DNA of 64,000 nucleotides from Malacoraja senta. Lineage: Eukaryota. Shown in pieces: positions 12,910-26,248 of this stretch. The first letter of the stretch is position 1. The number at the start of each line of letters is the position of its first letter. The notes beneath the pieces are model-generated. The model was not told the DNA's origin and ran no database searches. It saw only the letters and a list, made by a program, of their open reading frames with translations. A program made the translations under genes and the position numbers. The stretch is from positions 3,412,001-3,476,000 of the forward strand of contig CM075990.1 in assembly GCA_038087875.1 (NCBI GenBank), in the 5' to 3' direction.

Positions 12910-13239
12910 TGGGCCTTTCCCACGTACGCAACTTTTTCGGCGACTGCCGGCACCCGTCATAGATCGTTGCAGGTTGCCGAAAATGTTCAACATGTTGAAA
13001 ATCCAGCAGCGACCAGGACAAGGTGCGACTCTTTGGGCGACTACTCACGACCATACAGGCTTCACCCCACGACATGTCGCCTGTACGGTCGTGAGTCGTC
13101 TCCTCAGTCGCCCAAAGAGTCGTAGCGCCTTTCTGGTCGCCGCTGGATTTTCAACATGTTGAACATTTTCGGCGACCTGCAATGACCTATGACAGGTGCC
13201 GGCAGTCGTCGAAAAATTTGCGTAAGTGGGACAGGCCCA
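12910..13239. mobile_element. PIF/Harbinger-like MITE (mirror of 277-604)
   Basis: tta|TGGGCCTTTCCCAC...GTGGGACAGGCCCA|tca. Confidence 0.75.
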
Positions 13240-13554
13240 TCAGACCTACAGTAGACCAGATAACTATCAATACCTTGTTGCTGAATATTTTTATTTCTGG
13301 CTAAGTCATAGAGTCATAGAGATATACAACATGGAAACAGGACCTTCTGAACATCTTGCCCATGCTTAGTTTAGTTTAGTTTCGAGAGACAGTGTGGGAA
13401 CAGGTCCTTCGGCCCACTGTGCCCATGCCGGCCAGCGATCACCCGCACACTAGCTCTATCCTACGCTGACCAAGTTGGCATAGTGGGCTAGTCCCATTTG
13501 CCTGGATTTGTTCCGTAGCTGTTTAAATTACAAGTGGACAATGTCACACTGACG

Positions 13555-13766
13555 TGTTAAAGAAGGAACTGCAGATGCTGGAAAATCGAAGGTAGACAAA
13601 AATGCTGGAGAAACTCAGCGGGTGCAGCAGCATCTATGGAGCGAAGGAAATAGGCAACGTTTCGGGCCAGTCTGAGGAAGGGTTTCAGCCCGAAACGTTG
13701 CCTATTTCCTTCGCTCCATAGATGCCGCTGCACCCGCTGAGTTTCTCCAGCATTTTTGTGTACCTT
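13555..13766. mobile_element. Penelope-like inverted pLTR pair with TSD
   Basis: Two inverted arms matching the 3' end of the GIY-YIG fragments in this window. Flanked by caatgtcacactgacg at 13539-13554 and 13767-13782. Confidence 0.75.
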
Positions 13767-14194
13767 CAATGTCACACTGACGCCAGGTGAAATATCAGAT
13801 AATACCACAGAGCCAGAAAGTGACTCCAACGTGTGAGGCAGGCTCGGAGATTATTGTATGTTTGTCTTCAGTTTCAGTTTTTAGTTTCAGTTTCAGAGAT
13901 ACAGCGTGGTGGAAACAGGCCCTTCGGCCCATCGAGTCCATGCCGACCTTATACTGGTTCTATTTATTTTTAAGGTGGAGATCCTTGGTTACTAAGAGTG
14001 TCAGGGGTTATGGGAGAAGGCAGGAGAATGGGGTTGAGAGGGAAAGGTAGATCAGTCATGATGGAATGGCGGAGTAGACTAGATGGGACGAATGGCCTAA
14101 TTCTACTACCAGAGCTTATGAACTTATCCTACACTCTAGGGTCAATTTACAGAAGCCAATTAACCCACGAACATGGATAGACGCAAAGTGCTGG

Positions 14195-14393
14195 AGTAAC
14201 TCAACGGGTCAGGCAAAATCACTGGAGAAAAACCATGGGTGACAATTCAGGTCAGGACCCTACTTCAGACCAGACCCAAAACGTCACCCATCGTTTTTGT
14301 CCAGAGATGCTGCCTGACCCGCTGACCTACTCCAGCACTTTGGGTCTATCTTCGGTATATATACACACCAGCATCTGCAGTGCCTTTCCACAC
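14195..14393. mobile_element. Penelope-like inverted pLTR pair inserted in a V-SINE
   Basis: gatagacgcaaagtgctggag...ctccagcactttgggtctatc inverted arms split the SINE at gccaattaacc|acagacctgcac. Confidence 0.65.
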
Positions 14394-14489
14394 AACCTAC
14401 AGACCTGCACGTCTTTGGAGTGCGGGAGGAAACCGGAGCACCTGGAGAAAACCCACGCGGTTACCGGGAGAACGTACAAAACTCCAGAA

Positions 14490-14778
14490 CAATAGACAAT
14501 AGACAATGGGTGCAGGGGCAGGCAATTTGGCCCTTCGAGCCAGCACCGCCATTCAATGTGATCATGGCTGATCATCCCCAATCAGTACCCCGTTCCTGCC
14601 TTCTCCCCATATCCCCTGACTCCGCTATTTTTAAGAGCCCTATCTAGATCTCTCTTGAAAGCATCCAGAGAACCGGCCTCCACCACCCTCTGAGGCAGAG
14701 AATTCCACAGACTCACCACTCTCTGTGAGAAAAAGTGTTTCCTCGTCTCCGTTCTAAATAGCTTACTCCTTATTCTTA
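14490..14778 (-). mobile_element. CR1 3' fragment with (tctattg)n tail
   Basis: (aatagac)n tail on +, then CR1 3'UTR and the ORF2 end on the minus strand. Confidence 0.85.
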
Positions 14779-16012
14779 AGGGACAGCACCCATGTTCAAC
14801 ATCGTTGCTGCTCAGGATAGAATGATCCGATTACATGGGACACGCAAGGCTCATGAACCCACGTTTGGTCAAATGTCTGTCGGCATTCGATCCCACCATC
14901 TGAGGATCTGCATCCCAATCACGTGAGTCCTGATTAAGCTTGAGTTAAGCGTGGACATCAGAATTTAAAAACGAAACATAAAACTACTAACTCCAATGGA
15001 CCATAAACACAGCCTCTATCACAAGAAACATTTACTCCCCTTATTCATTTGTTTCAATTGCCCCTGTCAAGCAATGTTATCTCATCTAAGTTGAAAGTAG
15101 CAAATATCATGTCTACCATCAAGCAGAGATATACTGTATGTCACACTCTGAAAACTAATGACCTGTCAAAGCTAATGGAAACATAGTGAATGTCGAACCT
15201 GTTCAATTGCTGCAGCCTCCTTTGCAGTCACCAGTCTTGTTTCTGCACAGATTGATCTACTGTTCAATGCTTCCAATCTTGTGGTCAGCAGGTGAAGTGT
15301 CATTCCTGGTGTTCAACGTAAAGTTAGAGCAATCACCTTCAGCCTCTGCCGGGAACGCGCTGGGGGGTTTACGTTTGTAGGTTCATCGGTCATAAGAGCA
15401 GAATTAGGCCATTCGGCCCATCGGGTCCACTCCGCCGTTCAATCATGGCTGATCCATCTTCCCCTCTCAACCCCATTCTCCTGCCTTCTCCCCATAACCC
15501 CTGACAGTCTTACCAATCGAGAATCTGCAAATCCCTGCCTTAAAAATAAATAGAACTAGTATATGCGTGATCACCGGTCAGTGCGGACTTGATGGGCTGA
15601 AGGGCCTATTTACACCCTGTATCTCTATGACTAAAACAAAGAGTCAAACATACAATACAACTGGAGACAAAGATACAATAATCTCCCAGCCTGTCTTACA
15701 CGTTGAAATGACCTGGCTCTGTGGTTTTCTCTGATATTTCACCTGGTGGTCAGTTTCAAATTGTCCATTTGTAATTTAAAGAGCTGGCACATGTATTCAA
15801 GAGAGAGCTAGATATAGCTCTTAGGGCGAACGCAATCAAGGGATATGGGGAGAAAGCAGGAACGGGGAACTGATTTTGGATGATCAGCCGTGATCATATC
15901 AAATTGCAGTGTTAGCTCGAAGGGCCAAATGGCCTACTCCTGCACATATTTTCAATGTTTCTAGGTTTCTACATCCACACTGCTGCAGGGTGAAACAAAG
16001 GTAAGTCAAACA

Positions 16013-16318
16013 GTGGCCACAGTTTAAGAATAAGGAGTAAGCCATTTTGAACAGAGATGAGAAAACATTTTTTCACACAGAGAGTTGTGAGTCTGTGAAA
16101 TTCTCTGCCTCAGAGGGCGGTGGAGGCCAGTTCTCTGGATACTTTCAAGAGAGAGCTAGATAGGGCTCTTAAAGATAATGGGGTCAGGGGATATGGGAAG
16201 AAGGCAGGAACGGGGTGCTGATTGTGGATGATCAGCCATCACATTGAAGGCAGTGTTGGCTCGAAGGGCCGAATGGCCTACTGCTGCACCTATTGTCTAT
16301 TGTCTATTGCCTATTGTC
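16013..16318 (+). mobile_element. CR1 3' fragment
   Basis: ggccacagtttaagaataagg...gagagttgtgagtctgtg...(tctattg)n tail. Confidence 0.85.
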
Positions 16319-18012
16319 AAAGATAGGTGCAAAACGGGGCCTGGAATCACCTGTTCCTTTTCTCCAGAGATGCTGCCTGACCCGCTGAGTTGCTCCAATA
16401 CTGATTCTATGCCTCCTTGTCACCTTCCCCTCAGCTAACAATGAACCATTAACATTTCCTTATCATCGTCTGCTTTGATCTGTCATTTTCATACCTTACC
16501 CTTCCATATCTCTAGACTCCCTCTCCCCTGACTCTCAGTCTGAAGTAGGGTTTCGACCCGAAGCGTCACCCATTCCTTCTCTCCAGAGATGCTGCCTGAC
16601 CCGCTCAGTTACTCCAGCATTTTCTGTCTATTTCTCTCTTCCCTCAGGAGTCAAGGCTATCAACTCTGTGTGGAGCCACATGTGATGGGCAAGGTCCTCA
16701 ATGAGTATTCCTCCTCTGTTTATTCCATGGAGAAAGACAGGAGGACTGCGGAACTCAGGGCAGTCAACGGAAGAGTCTTGAGACTAGGCAGTATTTCGGG
16801 GACATGGGTTTAAGATGAAGGGGAAAAGATTTAATAGGAATCTGAGAGGTAACTCTTTCACATAAAGGCTGGTGGGTGCATGGAACGAGCTGCCGGAGGA
16901 GGTAGTTGAGACTTTTGCAATGTTTCAGAAACAATTAGACAGTTACATGGATAGAACAGGTTTAGATGGATATTGGCCAAATGCAGGCAGGTGGGACTAG
17001 AGTAGATGGGACATGTTGGTCGGTGTGGGCAAGTTGGGCAGAGGGGCCTGTTTCCACGCTGTACCACTCTATGATTCTATCTATATTAATGACTTGGATT
17101 TGAATGTCGGAGGTATGATTAATAAGTTTGTGATTAGTGGTGTTACAGCTAGACAGCGTGGTCTAAAAGGCTTTTCTACGCTAACCTCTAGTAAGAGCAT
17201 TGAGTACAGATGTTGGAATGCTATATTGCAGTTTCACAAGACGTTGTTGAGGTTGGACTTGGAGTATTGCTGAATCAAGCAACTGCAGATGCTGGTTGAT
17301 GGGAAAAGTGGCGCAAAGTGCTGGAGTAACTCAGCGAGTCAGGCAGCATCTCTGGAGAACATGGATAGGTAACATTTTTGGGTTATGAAGAAGGGTCCCA
17401 ACCTGAAACATCATCAATCCATGTTCTCCAGAGAACATACCTTATCTGTATGGAATTTGCACGTTCAAGTTGTGACCATGTGGGGTTTCTCCGGGTGCTC
17501 CGGTTTCCTCCCACATTCCGAAGACACGTTCCGAAGAAGGTTAATTGGCTCCTGTAAATTGTCCCTAGAGTGTGGGATAGAACCATTGTACGGGGTGATT
17601 GTTGGTCAGTGCAGACTCAGTGGGCTGAAGGGCCTGTTTCCATGCTGTATCTCTAAACTAAACTAAACTAAACCAAATTAAACTAAACCAAACTATGTAC
17701 AATACTTCACATTTCGCTTGAGCAGCTGACAGCCCGGCAGGATGATTCTTGCTATCTCTGATTTCAAGCAAACCCCTGCACTCCCCCTCTGTCCGTGACT
17801 CCCCAGTCTTCCTGCCAGTTCCACTGTTCATATCCTTTTGTTATCACCTCCTCTACAGCCAACAATGGACCATTGTGGGCTCCACCTTTTCTTTATCATC
17901 GGTGTCAGCTTTGTTTTGTACTGCACCTTTACATACCTCTAAATTTTTTTCTCCCCTGACTCTCAATCACCAATTCCTTTTCTCCAGAGATCCTGCCAGA
18001 CCCACTGAGTTA

Positions 18013-18341
18013 TACCCCTGTCCCACGGTACGAGTTCATTCAAGAGTTCTCCCGAGTTTGCCCTGATTCGAACTCGGAGATTTACGGTAATGGCCGCTCG
18101 CAGGTACTCGGGGCTCTCGTGGACATTTTTCAACATGTTGAAAAATCTTCACGAGTCTTCCCGTGCTTACCTGCCGTTAGCGAGTCTTCCCGAGTACCTG
18201 CCGTTAGCGTTACGAGCCGCTAAGAGACGTCCCCGAGCTCCGACGTACCCGCTACGTACATTCTATGTGCTTACCACAAGTTTGATTATTTTTTTTACTC
18301 GGGAGAGCTCTTGAATGAACTTGTACAATGGGACAGTGCTT
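18013..18341. mobile_element. PIF/Harbinger-like MITE (subfamily B) nested in a Penelope pLTR
   Basis: The host gagtta|ctccagc is split. Ends TACCCCTGTCCCAC...ATGGGACAGTGCTT, flanks tta/taa. Same body as 49690-49994. Confidence 0.75.
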
Positions 18342-18482
18342 TAACTCCAGCAATTTGTGCCCATCCTCAGGCTTGTAGGTTAATTGGTGTCATGGTCTAT
18401 CTTCAGTGTAAACCAGCATCTGCAATTCCTTCCTCAATTAAACTAAACTAAACTAAATTAAACTAAACTGGACTGACCTGAG

Positions 18483-18718
18483 TATGTGCAGGAAGGAACT
18501 GCAGATGCTGGTTTAAATCGAAGCTTGACACAAAATGCTGGAGTAACTCAGCGGGACAGGCAGCATCTCTGAAGAGAAGGAATAGGTGACGTTTCGGGTC
18601 GAGACCCTTCTTCACCCATTCCTTCTCTCCAGAGATGCTGCCTGACCCGCTGAGTTACTCCAGCATTTTGTGTCTACCTTCGATTTTAACCAGCATCTGC
18701 AGTTCTTTCTTACACATA
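18483..18718. mobile_element. Penelope-like inverted pLTR pair (about 105-bp arms)
   Basis: ggaaggaactgcagatgctgg...ccagcatctgcagttctttc palindrome inside a (ctaaa)n tract. Confidence 0.7.
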
Positions 18719-19037
18719 AACTGAACTAAATTAAACTAAACTAAACTAAACTGAACTGAACTGACAGTAAACTAAAGATGCAATGGATTAGTCTGGGTAT
18801 GGTGTAAATGGGTGGTTGGTCAAGGAGCCTGTTTCCCTGCTTCATCTACAGTATCCGTGACTCTCTATGACCTGTGCTGGCAGAGAACACTAATCCCAGT
18901 CAAGCACGTGCAAACTCCACACAGACAGCAGGCAAGGTCAGGCTTGCAACCGCACTCTGGATCAGTGAGGTAGTGGCTCCCATAGTTGTACGATTCTCGA
19001 AGGATGAGGTGGGACCCCATTGAAACTTACTGAGTAG

Positions 19038-19152
19038 TCTTCTTCTTCTTCTTCTTCTTCTTGTGTATGGCGTGCACAGCCTAAAGTTGTAGGACAACTT
19101 GCTCTATTTGATCTTGAAGCAGGGCGGACCACGTGAAGGTTGCAATCTTCCA
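19038..19152 (-). mobile_element. Retroelement 3' end with (GAA)n tail
   Basis: (ttc)n followed by gtatggcgtgcacagcctaaagttgtaggacaact. A related copy lies in the opposite orientation at about 59303-59420. Confidence 0.55.
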
Positions 19153-20239
19153 CCCCACTGAATAGTGAAAGGCCTGGGGAGAATGGATGTGGCGAGGATG
19201 TTTCCACTAGTGGGAGAGTCTAGGACCAGAGGGCACAGCCTCAGAATAGAAGGACGTACAGTACCTTTAGGAAGGAGATGAGGAGGGATTTCTTTGGTCA
19301 GAGGATGGTGAATCTGTGGAATTCATTGCCACAGGAGGTTGTGGAGGCCAAGTCAATGGATATTTGTAAGGTGGAGAATGACAGATTCTTGATTAGTACG
19401 GGTGTCAGGGGTTATGGGGAGAAGGCAGGAGACTGGAGTTATAGAGTCATACAGCATGGAAACAGTCCCTTCAGCCCAACTTGCCCACATCGGCCAATAT
19501 ATCCCAGCTACACTAGTCCCACCTGCTTGCATTTGGCCCATATCCCTCCAAACATGTCCTATCTGTGTACCTGTCTAACTGTTTCTTAAACAATGGGATA
19601 GTCCCTGCTTCAACTACCTCCTCTGGCAGCTTGTTCCATACACCCATCATCCTTTGTGTAAAAAAATTACCCCTCAGATTCCAACTAAATCTTTCCCCCC
19701 TCACCTTAAAACTATGTCCTCTGGCCTTCGATTCCCCTACTCTGGGCAAGAGACTCTGCATCCACCCAATCTATTCCTCTCATGAGTTGAGAGGGGTTGC
19801 GAGGGAAAGACAGATCAGCCATGATTGAATGGACCTGATGGGCCGAATGGCCTAATTCTGCTCCGAGAACATATGAACTGATGAACATGCAGCCTTGCAT
19901 TTGGGCTGGATTGCTGGGATTGTTGTGATCGGATACAGAAAAGGTCATGCTTGCTTTCAATCCCCTTGTTAAGAGCTGGCCGGGTCAAAATCAAAATTGT
20001 GAATTAGCTACTGCTTGAGCAAGCTGACCTCCTCACAGCACTGCTGTATTTATGGCCTTGCTCCAAAGAAATGGTGATTAAGCAGCTTGTTAGCTGCCTG
20101 AGAAGTATGAAAATAGCCATCAGTGCAGGTACATGCTGACTGGCTTCTTTCTATCGATACACCCATCAGGTTTATGAAGCATTAAAATGCAATTGGAAAT
20201 GCAACGTTCTGTCTGCTTCACATCCACGTATCTTTAGAT

Positions 20240-20522
20240 CCACAGGAGATCCTTTTTCCCTGTGGCTATCAAACTGTACAACTCCTCCACCTTCAGTCGT
20301 GGGGTAGACAGACTCCCCCCCCTCCCCACCACCACCCACCCACACACACCCCCCTCCCCCCACCCCACACCCCCCTCCCCTCCCCAATCTCTGCACATCC
20401 CCAAACTGGACTTTCCACGCGTCACTTTGATTTCATGTTTCACATATCTTGTTGTGTTTTATGACTGTTGGCAGAACCAATCTCCCTCCTGGGGTAAGTA
20501 ATGTTCTAATGTATCGTATCGT
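20240..20522 (+). mobile_element. Rex1/Babar-type LINE 3' end
   Basis: Encodes HRRSFFPVAIKLYNSS, followed by a C-rich UTR and (gtatc)n tail. Second copy at about 49000-49250. Confidence 0.6.
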
Positions 20523-20984
20523 TCTGTGCCAACTCTCCGGTGTAAATGTGTGAACTTGGATAGATATTCTGCAATTGCAAAGACACATGGCTCAGAAATG
20601 CAGCCAGCATCACCCTAGACCCACACCAGCCTGGCTACGCTCTCATATCACTCCTGCCATGGCGAGGAGTCAAGAGTCAAGAGTGTTTTATTGTCAAGTG
20701 CCCCAGACAGAACAATGAGATCCTTACTTGCTGCAGCACAACAGAATGTGTAAACATAGTACACTGTAAACAATATCATAAACAAAAATAGCTCCGTGTG
20801 TATATATATTTGTATGTATTGTATTATTATTATTATTATTAATGTTTAATGTTTTATGTATCATTCCTAGCTGTCACTGTATGTCATGTTGTCACTTGTG
20901 GGCGGAGCACCAAGGCAAATTCCTTGTATGTGAATACTTGGCTTATAAACCTATTCATTCATTCATTCATTCACATACAAACAC

Positions 20985-21584
<600 letters not shown>

Positions 21585-21637
21585 TCAATAGCCTGATGGT
21601 TGTTGGGAGGAAGCTGTTCTTAAACCTGGACGTTAGA

Positions 21638-21955
21638 GTTTAGTTTAGTTTAGAGATACAGCGCGGTAGCAGGCCCTTTAGCATTTCCGCACTGACAAGC
21701 AATCCCCGCACATTAACACTACCCCACACACACTAGGGACAATTTTACATCCATACATTTTATACCAAGCCAATAAACCTACAAACCTGCACATCTTGGG
21801 AGTGTGGAAGGAAACCGAAGATGTCGGAAAACCACGCAGGTCACAGGGAGAACGGTCAAAAACCATACAGACAGCCCCCGTAGTCAGGATCAAACCCAGG
21901 TCTCTGGCGCTGGCACTGCGAGGCAGCAACTCTACTGCTATGCCACCGAGCCGCC
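21638..21955 (-). mobile_element. V-SINE nested in a Rex1 fragment (about 21585-22220, minus)
   Basis: (tttag)n tail through to the head ggcggctcggtggcatagcag. The flanks read as Rex1 ORF end on the minus strand. Confidence 0.8.
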
Positions 21956-22454
21956 TTTAGGTGTTCAGGCTCCTGTACCTTCTTCCCGATGGCAGGAGTG
22001 AAATGAGAGTGTGGGCAGGGTGTTGTGGGTCTCTGATGAAGCTCGCTGTTTTTTTGAGGCAGCGACTCCTGTAGATCCCTTTGATGGTGGAGAAGTCAGA
22101 ACCTGTGATGGACTGAGCTGTGTTCACCACATTGTGCGGTCTTCTGCGGTCCTGGGCTTTGTCGAGTTGCCGACCAGGCCATGACGCAACCAGTCAATAT
22201 GTTCCCTACTGTACACCTGCCATTTCTACTCATCCTCCACTGTGGAAACTCAACCCAAACTCATGTGGAGATAAATATTAAAGCTGGGGTCTATACCTCT
22301 TGTCCTATTGTTTAACTCAAGAATATTCCTGTGCCCACACTTCTACCATGTCCAGTTTGTGTACCTACCCATTCCTTTCTCCCTATAATCCCCCCTCCAC
22401 TCAACGTCCATTATATATGGGTAAAGGTAAACCTTCCTCCGACATGCAATCCTT

Positions 22455-22940
22455 TCCATACACACACGTATATGCTCCAATCAACAGACACACAGAAGCA
22501 TGCGGCCAACACACACATGATCACACATGCACGCACATGCACACAGACACACACGTGCTGCAATGCACAGACACGCACACACACACACATGCTCCGACAC
22601 ACACACACAAACGCATACATACACAGGTACACAAGCACATGCGCACATATACATGCACACAAACACACACACAGAAACATGCTCCATGCACACGGACACA
22701 TACGCTCCAACACACACACATACAAACATAAACACAATCCAGCATGCACATGCGATTTGCACACACATGCACATTCACACACACACACATACACACACTC
22801 ACACACATACACACACATACACACATTCACACACACTCACACACATACACACATTCACACATACACATACACACTCACACATACACACACATACATATAC
22901 ACACACACACTCACACACATACACACACACACACACACAT

Positions 22941-22976
<36 letters not shown>

Positions 22977-23021
22977 TCACACACATACACACACACACAC
23001 ATACACACACACACACACTCA

Positions 23022-23064
<43 letters not shown>

Positions 23065-23212
23065 ATATTCACACACATACACACATTCATACACATACAC
23101 ACACACACACACTCACACACATACACACTCACACTCACACACATACACACACTCACACACACACACTCACACTCACACTCACACACATAGACACACACTC
23201 ACACACATACAC
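22455..23212. repeat. Degenerate (CA)n microsatellite
   Basis: About 750 bp of CA-rich dinucleotide repeat. Confidence 0.95.
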
Positions 23213-24017
23213 AAGGTCACTTGGAGATATCAGAGGGCGGGTTGAGCCTAAGGAAGCATATCATCAAAGAGTCGGTGCTTTTGTTAGGAGGAAATAAAAA
23301 CTCTCGGGGAAAAAAAAGAGGCAAAAGTTAAAAAAGATAATGTGCAGGCCAGCACAATCTTAGTGTGAAAGTTGCTGATCGAGTTATCATCGGTGAACGT
23401 TGATTGTAATAATTCACGATGTTGATGACCCTGGTGCAGTGACGGGCTCCTTGTCTAAACCGTGGAGAGCCTCAGTTTGGGCGGATTGAAGCCCCTACTG
23501 TTCACTTGTGAGGCTGAAGAGGCTGTTTGCAACATTTAATTATCTTTTTTTCCCAACTTCTTCCCCCCTCCGTTTCTCTTTGCTTGAGAGAACGCCCGTT
23601 GTGGGAGAGCTGAAAGAGCAGTGGGTCAGAGGCGTAGTCACCGGCCCCACCTCCGACCACCCCCCTCCTCCTCTCCAAAGTTAAGCTCCTTCTTCGTTTC
23701 ATCTACCACGGGACACACAGCAGGAAATGAAAGATGAAGAAAAGAAAGAGAAGTTTCTTGTCTAACAAGCAGGAAGCGGGAGGGGGGGGGGAAAGAAAAA
23801 AACACACAAATATCTTCCTGACATAACTGTGGTGAACATCTGAGAGAACTTTGATTGCAGAAAGTGTCACCGAGACCACCACAAATGTAGTTTAGAGTTA
23901 CAGCGTGGAAACAGGCTGACCATTGATCATCCGTACACTAGCGTAGTTGAGATACAGAGTGGAAACAGGCCCTTCGTCCCACAGAGTCCACGCCGACCAG
24001 CGATCACCCGTACATTA

Positions 24018-24183
24018 CCCTGGCCACAAACTCTTTGAATCACTTCCCTCTGGAAGGCGACTCCGGATTGTCAAAGCTGCCACAGCCAGACATAAAAACA
24101 GTTTTTATCCACGAGTAGTTGCTCTACTCAACAGCCAAAAATCTGTAGCCTCCCTTTGATCTGGTATTTTGTTGGTTCACATA
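24018..24183 (+). mobile_element. Rex1/Babar LINE 3' fragment
   Basis: PGHKLFESLPSGRRLRIVKAATARHKNSFYPRVVALLN. Nearly identical to 48098-48262. Confidence 0.85.
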
Positions 24184-24895
24184 CAATACAATACAATACA
24201 ATTTATTTGTCATTTGGACCCCGTTGAGGTCCAAACGAAATGTCGTTTCTGCAGCCATACATTACAAAACGAAGAAGACCCGAGACACAACACAATTTAC
24301 ACATACATCCATCACAGCGCTGTGATGGAAGGCAAAAAAAAACATATCTCTCCACTGCACTCTCCCCCCCCCCGATGTCAGAGTCAAAGTCAAAGCCCCC
24401 GGCGGGCGATGGTGATTATCCCGCGGCCATTAAAGCCACGCCGGGTGATGCAAGGTCGCGCACCGGGTCTTGGTGTTAGAGCCCCGGCACGCGCTCGCAA
24501 AGTCCCGCGGCCATTCCAAGCAGCGCGGGGCGGTGATGTAAAGCCCCGCTCCAGGTGCTCTTCAACCCCGCAACTCGGGTGGGAGAAGTCGCCGCTGCGG
24601 AAGCCCCGAAAAGCGTTCTCCCACCAGGGACCCGCGGGCTTCCGGTGTTGCCGTCCGCCAGACCCGCGGTTGTAGCCTCCGAATCTCCGGGGGTCGGGTA
24701 GCAGCAGCGATTGTCTCCACCACAGCTCCACCCGCTTCGGACTCGGCCAGCCCCGTGACGGTGAGTAGTCCGCAGCTCCGCAACTGGAGCCCCAGGTCGT
24801 TCCTGCTGGAGGCCGCTCCACGTTGCCCAGCCCCAACGACAACGGAGACCCGACAAAGAAAAGGTCGGGTCTCCCGTGCAGGGGAAAGATTTTAA
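24183..24895 (-). mobile_element. GC/CpG-rich non-autonomous retroelement with Rex1-like 3' stem-loop
   Basis: The minus strand ends catttcgtttggacctcaacggggtccaaatgacaaataaa(ttgta)n. Shares tgccttccatcacag...ctgtgatggatg with the 29367 and 50231 elements. Confidence 0.55.
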
Positions 24896-25552
24896 AGTTA
24901 CAATTTTAAAGTTTTAACCTACAAAACCCGCACGTCTTTGGGATGTGGGAGGAAACCAGAGCACCCGGAGGAAATCACAGGGAGAACATGGCCTGGATAG
25001 AGTGGATGTGGAGAGGATGTTTCCACGAGTGGAAGAGTCTAGGGCCAGTGGTCATAGCCTCAGAATAATGGGATGTAAACATAGAAACATAGAAACATAG
25101 AAAATAGGTGAAGGAGTAGGCCATTCTGCCCTTCGAGCCTGCACCGCCATTCAATATGATCATGGCTGAGATGAGGAAGGAGATGAGGAGGATTTTTTTT
25201 GGTCAGAGGGTGGTGAATCTGTGGAATTCTTTGCCACAGAAGGCTGTGGAGGCCAAGTCAGTGGATATTTTTAAGGCCGAGATTGACAGATTCTTGATTA
25301 GTGCGGGTGCCACGGGTTATGGGGAGAAGGCGGGAGAGTGGGGTTGAGAGGAAAGGGTAGATCAGCTATAATTGAATGGTGGAGTAGTTTGATGGGCTGA
25401 ATGGCCTCATCCTGCTCCTATAACATGAACCTATGAACTAATGAACGTATAAAATCCATACCCGTATTCAGGATCGAAGCCGGGTCTCTGGCGCTGTGAG
25501 GCAGTAACTCTATCACTACACCATCATGCCATCTGTTTCTCTTCAGTTGCAG

Positions 25553-26248
25553 TGGCACAGTGGCGCAGTGGTAGAGTTACTGCCTCACAGCGCCAGAGAT
25601 CCCGGGTTCGATCCTGACTACGGGTGTTGGCTGCACAGAGTTTGTACGTTCATTAGTTCATAGGTTCATGTTATAGGAGCAGGATGAGGCCATTCAGCCC
25701 ATCAAACTACTCCACCATTCAATTATAGCTGATCTACCCTTTCCTCTCAACCCCACTCTCCCGCCTTCTCCCCATAACCCCGTGACCGCATGGGTTTTCT
25801 CCGAGATCCATAGTTTCCTCACACACTCCAAAGACGTACAGGTTTGTAGGTTAATTGTCTTGGTGAGTGGTGGTGAGTCTGTGGAATTCTCTGCCTCAGA
25901 GGGCGGTGGAGGCCGGTTCTCTGGATGCTTTCAAGAGAGAGCTAGATAGGGCTCTTAAAGATAGCGGAGTCAGGGGATATGGGGAGAAGGCAGGAACGGG
26001 GTACTGATTGGGGATGATCAGCCATGATCACATTGAATGGCGGTGCTGGCTCGAAGGGCCGAATGGCCTCCTCCTGCACCTATTGTCTATTGTCTATTGT
26101 CTATTGGTATCAATGTATAAATGTAAAATGGTCCCGAGTTTGTGTAAGAGTGGTGTTAATGTGCGGGAATAGCAGGTCAGTGCGGACTCGGTGGGCCGAA
26201 GGGCCTGTTTCCGCGCAGCTTCCCTAAACTAAACTAAACTCAACTAAA
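25553..26248 (+). mobile_element. V-SINE with two nested inserts (25645-25784 inverted local copy; about 25865-26105 CR1 tail)
   Basis: A box gtggcgcagtggt, B box ggttcgatcc and (ctaaa)n tail. The SINE consensus resumes after each insert. Confidence 0.85.

Larger units (their letters stand above)
8184..13517 (+). repeat. Partner arm of the 5.3-kb inverted duplication
   Basis: Reverse complement of 1-5324. Confidence 0.97.

Noticed and set aside
24169..24856. GC-rich overlapping ORFs or CpG-island promoter (also 27289-27868 and 28809-29210)
   Set aside because: No recognisable domain, and the 24183 and 27480 bodies end in retroelement-type 3' tails, so repeat origin is the simpler explanation.
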